The position numbers and the translations under genes are program-made. A stretch of 63,926 nucleotides of DNA, counting the filler, from Salisapilia sapeloensis CBS 127946 (Eukaryota > Protista > Oomycota), in NCBI GenBank assembly GCA_023334545.1. It is 13 parts of 13 records of this genome, joined end to end, with 100 filler letters (N's around TTAATTAATTAA, not from the genome) between each part and the next. Parts side by side here need not be neighbours in the genome. Positions count along the whole stretch, not along the records: positions 41,054 to 56,616 come from JAADVB010000367.1; positions 56,717 to 58,189 come from JAADVB010001133.1; positions 58,290 to 59,500 come from JAADVB010001246.1; positions 59,601 to 60,683 come from JAADVB010001316.1; positions 60,784 to 62,819 come from JAADVB010000977.1; positions 62,920 to 63,926 come from JAADVB010001361.1; 7 more parts are not named here. One strand, written 5' to 3'. The notes under the pieces are model-generated. The model was not told where the DNA came from, did no database searches, and saw nothing but the letters and a program-made list of their open reading frames with translations. This document shows positions 56,112 to 63,926 of the stretch, piece after piece. Numbering within the stretch: position 1 is the first letter of the stretch; each line of letters begins with the position of its first letter.

Positions 56112-56716
56112 AACCTATCTATAGCCATCGATAGTTTCAATATTCGGATACAACACGATTAAACTTGACCTGTGCAAATAAAACTCGTCAGGTTGATCCA
56201 AAGCATATCATGCGATCTTTCCACTACTTGTGGTGTAGCGCAAGAAGATATAAAATGGACATCATCGTACTCAGAATGCACCAGGGTTTGGAATATTTCC
56301 CATCCATTTCCCCATCATTCTCTGTATATCATGGTTACAATGAAAGGAGCTAAGAACTTGGGGTATTAAGTTGGGCAAATTGTCAATGTGTCTAACAACC
56401 AACCTAGCAGCATAAACAAAAGTAAGCAAGGATAGACATAATTCTTGTTGGTTGAGTAGATGAGCGAGTAGTATACAAGGCATTGAAGGCATTATGTGAT
56501 CAAACACATGGATGAATTAATTGTAATAGGAATTAATACCCAAGTCTTTGGCGGCCCATCCTACTCTTACGTCGCTATTTACCTTTCCGCTCCTATCCAT
56601 GCGTATCGTTCGATCCNNNNNNNNNNNNNNNNNNNNNNNNNNNNNNNNNNNNNNNNNNNNTTAATTAATTAANNNNNNNNNNNNNNNNNNNNNNNNNNNN
56701 NNNNNNNNNNNNNNNN

Positions 56717-56857
56717 CTTGGTCGGCATCATGGACCTGGATGCCGGTGCTCCTGTGCAGCACTTCTGGGTGTAGCTCCTAGCGTATTTGGAGGGACTATT
56801 TGTCGTGGAAGTTTATTCGAGTAAATACTTATTCAATGCACAAACAGCAAGTTGTGT
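56717..56857 (+). repeat. Left arm of a perfect 141-bp inverted repeat at the contig start
   Basis: Base-by-base reverse complement of 58049-58189. Confidence 0.97.
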
Positions 56858-58048
56858 AATGTAGCTAATGCACTAGCGTGTAAAATCAAATATGTTGTTT
56901 GTTTTTGGGTGATATGATTGCAGGAAGTCTACTTTTATTGATGTCACCTGGGGTTCAAAGCTGATTTGAGGGTGAAAGAGGTATATGTGTGGTGCTATAG
57001 CGAAAGGTTTACCTAAACGGAATAATTCGAATTGGTATCCAGCTCCTCGTGGACAAATATAGGCCATGCAGACTACCCAAGATGAAGCTGGCCTCATGTG
57101 GTGTATGCAGAAGCCATGATATTCCTCGGCCTATTTTTAATGACGCCAGACCAGACTGCACCATACGCTGCATGAATGATTAAAACTATTCCAGCGACAT
57201 CGAGAAAGCGTTTGCTCCGACGTATAGTGCGCATTACGCTCGACCAACTAATAAATCTGGTACAAACAGATGTACTATAGGTACATTCGATTAATACGAG
57301 CAAAGATTGCTTCGTATAAGTGATTTAAGGTGCCACTCTGGCGGGGATCCTAACTAGCTTCCATCGGCTCCTGTTTGATGATTACGGATGTGACGACCGA
57401 AAAGCAAGTGTATTCGATTGGATACACGTCCATCTCTTTTCATGTCTCTGCAGGTATGATATAGAGGACAAAGTTCATATAGGATACGTAGGAACGATTC
57501 ACTGACGGCCCTTAAGGGCTGATGGTCCACGCATGCGACCATCACAAGTACTGATCGCTCGGAAACATAGAGCATAGTTCATACTTTCAATGACATAAAG
57601 CGACCTACTTGTCCATTTAATGACTTCACACTGTTCTGGTGATTAAAGCTATTGTCTTTGTTGCACGTCTTTGCATGTTAAAGAGGTAGGAAGGAAGCAA
57701 CAGATATGAAAGCGATGTCCATTTGGCTGCTTGAGGTCATATCCAGATCTGAGAAATCCATCAGGAATGCGCCGACAGTGCAGATCCAACTTCACCGTCC
57801 ACTGCGTTTAGCCCCACAATTGCGTACAACCTTAATCCGTTCATGTGCTCAGTTGATTCATTGACTTCGGTCAAGCAGCCATGCAAGGACGACAACTCAG
57901 AAGAGGCAGATACACTTTCCTCTGATGCACACCAAAGGTACTTTCTTGTACTTCAAAAATGGACAGTTCACGATTCTTCGCACATCGAACATACCCGGAA
58001 ATTCAGCTTTCACGGCATAGTTTTTGGTTTTCAAAATAGATCAAAAAG

Positions 58049-58189
58049 ACACAACTTGCTGTTTGTGCATTGAATAAGTATTTACTCGAATAAACTTCCA
58101 CGACAAATAGTCCCTCCAAATACGCTAGGAGCTACACCCAGAAGTGCTGCACAGGAGCACCGGCATCCAGGTCCATGATGCCGACCAAG
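58049..58189 (-). repeat. Right arm of the perfect 141-bp inverted repeat at the contig end
   Basis: ACACAACTTG...CCGACCAAG is the reverse complement of CTTGGTCGG...CAAGTTGTGT. Confidence 0.97.
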
Positions 58190-58289
58190 NNNNNNNNNNN
58201 NNNNNNNNNNNNNNNNNNNNNNNNNNNNNNNNNTTAATTAATTAANNNNNNNNNNNNNNNNNNNNNNNNNNNNNNNNNNNNNNNNNNNN

Positions 58290-59500
58290 ACCCTGCTATA
58301 CAAGAAGGGCGACACCTCCGACCCGTCCAACTGGCGCCCAATCTGCCTCCAGTCCACCCTGTACAAGCTGTACACGGGGTGGCTGTCGAGCCGCCTGACC
58401 CAGTGGATGGAAGCCAACAACCGCCACGCCTCCGCCCAGAAGGGCTTCCGTGGTATGGATGGCTGCGGCGAGCACAACGCCCTCAGTGCCGCCCTCCTCC
58501 ACTCGACCCGCCGCTCCCCGAAGGCGTTGTACCAGGTCTGGTACGACCTGAGCAACGCCTTCGGGTCGATGCCCCAGAACCTCATGTGGTCCTCGCTCCT
58601 GGCCCTCGGCGCCCCGCCGGACTTCGTCAACCGCTGTCGAGGCCTGTACTCTGGCGCGTCCTTCTCCGTGGCCAACGGTGCCGACGGGCCCACGCACCTG
58701 GTCCCCCTCCGGGTGGGGGTCTTCCAAGGCTGCCCACTGAGCCCCCAGCTCTTCATCATCGGCCTCACCCCCCTCCTCCGGGCCCTCGACCGCCCCGACC
58801 TTGGCGTCGAGTTGGCGCCCGGCGTCAAGCCTTCCGCCGCCGGCTACGCGGACGACCTCAAGGTCTTCTCAAGGTCCAAGGAAGGCGTCGCCACCCTACA
58901 CGACATCGTCTCCCGGTTCCTGGCATGGACCGGGATGAAGGCCAACCCGTCCAAGTGTGCAACGCTGGGGGTCCAGCCCGATGACCATGGCCACCCCGCC
59001 CCCGACGACCTCGCTCTCCAGCTTGATGGTGTTCCACTGCCGGCTCTCAGCCTCGCCGACTCCTACAAGTACTTGGGGGTCGGCGACGGCTTTAACCACA
59101 AGCTCCGCCGCCTGGCCGCTGGCCCCATCCTAGCCCGGATGAAGGGCCAAGCCAAGGCCATCCTCCATTCCGGCCTCTCCCCTGCCCAGGCCATCAAGGC
59201 CCTCAAGGTCCACGTCCTCCCGGACGTGGAGTACCTCCTCCGCCACACCCGGCCACTCCTGGCCGACCTCAAGTCCTTCGACACGTTCGTTGCGACCGAG
59301 TTCAAGCGCCTCCTCCGCCTACCCAAGTCTACCTCCAACGACTTCATGTACGCGCCGATGTCCAAGGGGGGCCTCGGCCTCGTGCCGCTGACGGGCCTGG
59401 TAGCCCCCGTCCAAGTCGCCTTCGCCTGGCAGCTCCTCCACTCCCGCGACCCGGCCACTAGAGCCATCGCGATGGAGGACATCAAGGCCGCCGCCGGCAA
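58290..59500 (+). mobile_element. Reverse transcriptase fragment of an RLE-type non-LTR retrotransposon (R2/NeSL/Utopia-like); uninterrupted ORF, truncated both sides
   Basis: LLYKKGD.SDPSNWRPICL, QKGF...GC.EHN, WYDLSNAFGS, GVFQGCPLSP, YADDL, YKYLG and GGLG motifs. Very GC-rich (45 of 60 bases at 58741-58800). Confidence 0.93.
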
Positions 59501-59771
59501 NNNNNNNNNNNNNNNNNNNNNNNNNNNNNNNNNNNNNNNNNNNNTTAATTAATTAANNNNNNNNNNNNNNNNNNNNNNNNNNNNNNNNNNNNNNNNNNNN
59601 AAACTCAAAGTCTAGTAGTCTGATTAAAGCTAAATACAATCGGTTCTCCTTTTGCTTTCTAAAGCACAAGTGTCTTACACTACTTCCGTACTTTTAGTTC
59701 AAGAGTTTCATACTCTGTGTTTTACGCTTCCCTTACGTGTAAAGGGCTATTGTTGTGACACCCGTCACAGC

Positions 59772-60341
59772 ATCACACCTGGGAAGTACAAGGCGGCCAT
59801 CGAGCAAACGTCGCGAACCAAGTCGTCTCTATATGACTACTTGGAGAGGCACATGCCGGCCAGGTCGGCCGAGCCCGAGGTCATCACGGTCGACTCAGAT
59901 AGCGAGCCAGACGACCAAAGCGATCGTGATGAGGTGGTCGATCTCTGCAGTCCGGACGAAGGTTCCGAGACCGAGACCGAGAGCGAAGATGCATTGATCG
60001 AAAATGCGTCCAGGACGTCCGATCAACCTCTGATCGACAGCGATGCGACGGAATCGGACGTCGACATGGAAGACTCGGGCAGGACGGAAAGCCAGCCTTT
60101 GGACGATTCCATGCAACCCGAGATCGTGGATGGTCCGAGCGAGGAAGAAGTGCTAGAAGAGATTTGACGGACCATGATTGTTCATCGACGCCGACAGGGG
60201 AGGACGACCCAGTACTACGTGACGAACACGTTTGGTCGGTTCGTGGTGTCTTTGAGGATGGAAGAATATCTCCCGCGAGCCATTTTGGACAAGCTTGGGC
60301 GAAATTGGCGCGAAAATGTCCAAGTTGAGCGTACCAGGTAA
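59772..60341 (+). pseudogene. Subterminal GC-rich reading frame (acidic linker, in-frame TGA, chromodomain-like start)
   Basis: Acidic low-complexity ORF ...EEEVLEEI* (TGA 60165-67) continues in frame as RTMIVHRRRQGRTTQYYV... to 60341. Flanked by CACAG| and AG|GTAAGT splice-like sites. Confidence 0.35.
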
Positions 60342-60554
60342 GTAGGTAAGTTGGTTTTCGTATTTGGCATTTCACTAGAAAAAGGAAAAAGACGATAAAA
60401 AGAAGAAAAGTATAAAATCAAATAAAAAACAAGGCCTATCGGGCCGTTTATCAAATCTATTGTCCTCTTTGTTTCTATTTATTCTTAACTCCATTTGTGA
60501 ACTTTCAAGAAAAGAAAAAGGAGAAGACAAAAACACTATAGAAACAGGTATAAG

Positions 60555-60683
60555 CTTGAAGGCATGAAGGCATCAAGTCATCAAGTCATCAAAGCATCAA
60601 AGCATCAAAGCATCAAGGGTTCAAGGGTTCAAGGGTTGAAGGGTTGAAGGGTTGAAGGGTTGAAGGGTTGAAGGGTTTAGGGT
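60555..60683 (+). repeat. Telomere-like / subtelomeric array: 15 in-register 8-mers ending in TTTAGGG
   Basis: CTTGAAGG, CATGAAGG, CATCAAGT x2, CATCAAAG x3, CATCAAGG, GTTCAAGG x2, GTTGAAGG x5, then GTTTAGGGT at the contig end. The G-rich strand points toward the end. Confidence 0.78.
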
Positions 60684-60783
60684 NNNNNNNNNNNNNNNNN
60701 NNNNNNNNNNNNNNNNNNNNNNNNNNNTTAATTAATTAANNNNNNNNNNNNNNNNNNNNNNNNNNNNNNNNNNNNNNNNNNNN

Positions 60784-62601
60784 CAGCGACGCACGGAGCA
60801 AAGCGAGAACAAAGAAGAGTATGTCCAAGCGTTGCAAGACCTGCACAAAGTCGTCGCAGCAGAGGAGGGTCCGTTCATGCAAGAGAAGCTGCTAGAAGAG
60901 CGTCGGAAGTGGATCTCCGAGATGTTGGCGGCAGGACAGTTACCAGAAGACTTGAGTGGGTACTATGCCTCTCTGGAGCTTCCAGCACCAAAGGAGGACG
61001 TCGAGGCTGCCCAAGCAAAGGAAGCGGCTACGAAGGGCAAGAAAGATGAGAAGAAGGGAAAGAAGGAAGAGAAGAAAGGAGGGGATAAGAAAAAGAAGGC
61101 CGAGGAGGTCGTGGAGGAAGCTCCGGAGAAACCACCGCAGCTGACAGGACCGACAGAACTGACCAAGAGCTTTGTGACGAGCGTGAATCAGTACGAAGGT
61201 GTTTGGCAGACGAGAGCAGAGCTAGATACTTTCTATCAAAAGTATGACGTAGAGCTGGCAAAGGATGTTGTTCGTGGACCGGTGGAAGTACAAGTTCGAC
61301 AGCAAGTGGACGAAATGCTCGTGCTCCAACTAGCCAATATCAAGTCTCAGATCGAAGCTGCTGCCTCGAGTAAGAAGAAAGGGAAGAAGGGCGGGAAGAA
61401 AGGAGGCAAGAAGGGGAAGAAGGGAAAGAAGGATGGCAAGAAGAAGAAGGGGAAGCCTTTGCCTGGTGACAAAATCGCCGAGCTAAAAGGTCGGTCTCCG
61501 GACTCGTTCCTTAGTCCTCTCGTCGAGCAAAAGGTCGTGTACATGCCTCAGGAAGTCCAGATCAGCGAGTTCATTGGCAGTTTCAACTACCTCGGCACAG
61601 TCTACCAGAACTCGGACCGTCGAGATCGGTTTGGGAACTGGATGCCGCAAGACCCTTCCGCCTTCCAACTGCGCCAGAACCTAACAGAGTACGCCATCCT
61701 GCCTCTCAGCTCTCCCTTCATTCGTAGCAAAGTGCCACAAGTACGCTCAATCATGTTGTACGGACCCAAAGGGGCTGGCAAAACGATGCTAGTAAACGCC
61801 ATTGCGCACGCTGCCGGCGCGATCATATTTAACATATCTCCGAAGAACCTGGCTGGGAAGTTCACCGGCAAGACAGGGCCGACAAAGCTGGTGCACATGG
61901 TCTTCATGCTGGCCAAAGTGGCTTCGATGCAGCCAGTGGTCATCTACATAGACGACTGTGAGCAAGTGTTCTCCGGTGGAGGAGGGAAGAAGAGTAAGGC
62001 ATCGTCCGAAGGCCCTGCGAGGTTTAAGAAAGACTTGCTCACGTACATCAAGTCTGCCGTAGAGCCGAATGACCGGATGATTGTGATCGGCACTACCTCG
62101 GACCCTAGCGCCGGGGAAGTGAAGGACTACCGCAACTTCTTTGACAAGTTCCTGTACATCTCCTACCCGGACTATGCTTCCCGGGTCCTCTTGTGGCGAC
62201 GCACGGTCAAGAAGGCGATCCTCACGCACAGCCGAAACCTAGGCATCAAGGCACCACTGCACATACTCGACGACCTCGGTGTCAGTACCCTCGCTCATAT
62301 TTCCGAGGGCTACGCTTCCGGAAGCATCGTGCAGGCCGTCGAAAACACACTCACGCAACGGCGAGTGCAGTGCCTGGAAAAGAGGCCGCTGAAGGAAGAC
62401 GAGTTCATCGGGTCGTTGTCGCAGCAGAGCGCTACCTTTAGCGACAACCATGCAAAGCTGAAGCAATTCACCGCCGTCATCTCGGGCCTCAAGGACACTC
62501 GAGACAAACTGCGAAAGGCAGCGGAAGACGCGCTCAATCCGGATGACAAGGGAAAGGACAAAGGAAAAGGAAAAGGAGACGCGAAGAAGAAAAAGAAGTA
62601 G
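60784..62601 (+). CDS. IQCA1: IQ-and-AAA-domain protein (dynein regulatory complex DRC11), 5' truncated
   Basis: KYDVELAK, KKKKGKPLPGDK, FIGSFNYLG, LRQNLTEYAILPL, IMLYGP.GAGKTML and QPVVIYIDDCEQVF, plus Lys-rich patches. Open from the contig start. Confidence 0.92.
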   Translation, partial: QRRTEQSENKEEYVQALQDLHKVVAAEEGPFMQEKLLEERRKWISEMLAAGQLPEDLSGYYASLELPAPKEDVEAAQAKEAATKGKKDEKKGKKEEKKGGDKKKKAEEVVEEAPEKPPQLTGPTELTKSFVTSVNQYEGVWQTRAELDTFYQKYDVELAKDVVRGPVEVQVRQQVDEMLVLQLANIKSQIEAAASSKKKGKKGGKKGGKKGKKGKKDGKKKKGKPLPGDKIAELKGRSPDSFLSPLVEQKVVYMPQEVQISEFIGSFNYLGTVYQNSDRRDRFGNWMPQDPSAFQLRQNLTEYAILPLSSPFIRSKVPQVRSIMLYGPKGAGKTMLVNAIAHAAGAIIFNISPKNLAGKFTGKTGPTKLVHMVFMLAKVASMQPVVIYIDDCEQVFSGGGGKKSKASSEGPARFKKDLLTYIKSAVEPNDRMIVIGTTSDPSAGEVKDYRNFFDKFLYISYPDYASRVLLWRRTVKKAILTHSRNLGIKAPLHILDDLGVSTLAHISEGYASGSIVQAVENTLTQRRVQCLEKRPLKEDEFIGSLSQQSATFSDNHAKLKQFTAVISGLKDTRDKLRKAAEDALNPDDKGKDKGKGKGDAKKKKK

Positions 62602-62610
62602 ACGCGTGCA

Positions 62611-62817
62611 TTAGATCGGAGGTAAATGGACCACGTTAGCATCCTCAGCCAGCCTTGCCTGTTCCTCTTCCCAGTGCTCTGGAGGCTCCCACTTTGTTTC
62701 GCCTGTTTCAACGTTCTCGTAGTAGACGCAATCCGAGTACATGTCCACTCGCTGGACCCAGCACTGGGCTTCCTGACGAGCTAACTTGTCACTCAGCTCT
62801 CGATTCTGCTGCTCGAT
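62611..62817 (-). CDS. C-terminal fragment of a coiled-coil plus WW-domain protein
   Basis: IEQQNRELSDKLARQEAQCWVQRVDMYSDCVYYENVETGETKWEPPEHW...LPPI* fits the WW pattern W...YYxNxxTGxTxWxxP. Missed by the track. Confidence 0.82.
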   Translation of the reverse strand: MEQQNRELSDKLARQEAQCWVQRVDMYSDCVYYENVETGETKWEPPEHWEEEQARLAEDANVVHLPPI

Positions 62818-62919
62818 CGNNNNNNNNNNNNNNNNNNNNNNNNNNNNNNNNNNNNNNNNNNNNTTAATTAATTAANNNNNNNNNNNNNNNNNNNNNNNNN
62901 NNNNNNNNNNNNNNNNNNN

Positions 62920-63925
62920 AGGATTCCCTGTCAGACCAGGCAATAGATCGATCCGTCAGTTGAGAAATCCTAGCTGGTTCAACAGTGGTAGATCCACTGC
63001 CATCTTGTTCATACCGCCCAGCTCGAATTTCTTCTAGGGCAACTTTATACGAACTGACTTGGCTAATGATTCGATCGCAAGCGGGGCAGAGTCGAATCTT
63101 CTTGGCCATTGGCTTCAACTTGGGAGCGACCTCAAATAGCTCGGTCGAAAGAACGCACTTCCGGCAGATGAATGAGTCACACAAAGTACACGGGTAAGCT
63201 TTGCGTAATGGACCAAATCTCTTCTTGCAAGATCGACATTCCGACTTGTTTCCACTTCCGCTGCTGCCGATCAAGTCCACGACATCATCCTTGTTCACAT
63301 TTTTCCTCTGAAGGAGCCACGAAAGTTTTTTTTGTTTTGCACAGTAGGCGGATGTCCAATTATCCATGAGCGCGCTGGCCACAGTGACGACAGCAATGGA
63401 GTCGAGAAAGTTGTTTCCAAATACTTCGTAATATGCTTTGGTAAACACTTCAACCGATTGATCCGAAGTGGGCTTGAAAAGAACACAAGACGACAAACGG
63501 TTCCGTATGATGCCCCTTCCTTCCAACGGCGGAGTGAACGGTAGGTCGATTGAATGCATCAGATTATACCCAATGCGCTCGTCTTTACTGATTTGGAGAA
63601 CTCCAGTCGCCCGAATGTAGACGGCATCTCGGTCTTTGACAACCCCTCGAAGTGCTAGACTTGGACTACCAGCATGCCATTGGACAACAGTACAACGATA
63701 TGGATGCTCCAGACTCGGCTTTTCGATCGTCTCGAGAATCTGGGCATTCGTCACTGGTTGTCCAGCGTAGTTCACATTTTGCAAAATTGCTGCTTCGTCA
63801 CCGTTCACGAGACCGAATAAGAGGTCATCCATATTGCTTTCAATCGTTCCAGTACCGACAATGACACGAGGCATTTGCCACCCGGCACTGTCTGTGTAGG
63901 AATCTTTCACCACGCGCCGGGATGG
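62920..63925 (-). CDS. Oomycete-type START-like plus FYVE-like zinc-finger protein, truncated both ends
   Basis: IVGTGTIESNMDDLLFG, YRCTVVQW, VKDRDAVYI.ATG...GYNLMHSI, KKLSWLL, then CRSCKKRF...CTLCDSFICRKC...CPAC. Confidence 0.88.
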
Positions 63926-63926
63926 G

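Noticed and set aside
58238-59500. Several long antisense and alternative-frame ORFs over the RT
   Set aside because: Expected from stop-codon scarcity in very GC-rich sequence. Only the RT frame has conserved motifs.
58290-60683. RT element adjacent to the telomere-like contig, suggesting a telomere-targeting retrotransposon
   Set aside because: The two are separated by an artificial linker (59501-59600), so physical linkage is unsupported.

Overview
This window is eukaryotic, most likely oomycete (stramenopile) genomic DNA. The evidence is short 48-129 nt GT-AG introns, oomycete-type gene families (folate-biopterin transporters, KRE6/SKN1-like GH16, START-FYVE proteins, WRKY19-like Zn-finger repeats, flagellar DRC11) and a TTTAGGG-type end. 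It is not one locus. Twelve identical artificial 100-bp linkers (N44-TTAATTAATTAA-N44) join 13 contigs, so adjacency across gaps means nothing, and ORFs ending in 'XXX...LIN' are artefacts. The ORF track uses GTG/TTG starts and ignores introns, so I rebuilt several genes by hand: a 5-exon LIN52-like gene, MCM8, a FYVE-zinc ribbon-FH2 formin, an 8-exon LMBR1-family gene and a CBM9-like gene. The most unusual observations are: (1) a hidden LIN52 (DREAM/MuvB)-like gene; (2) an in-register staircase of 15 stepwise-mutating 8-mers that ends in one TTTAGGG at a contig end; (3) a 1.47-kb contig bounded by a perfect 141-bp inverted repeat; (4) a pogo/CENP-B-derived gene that has lost its DDE aspartates; (5) unusual fusions (COQ10-EF-hand, UFD1-UBX-UBA, a formin with three CCDC53/DUF2360-like repeats, GTPase-Cys/His-rich-vWA); (6) a very GC-rich R2/NeSL/Utopia-type RT; (7) a 206-bp MITE candidate. 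All family assignments come from recalled motifs; no database searches were run.
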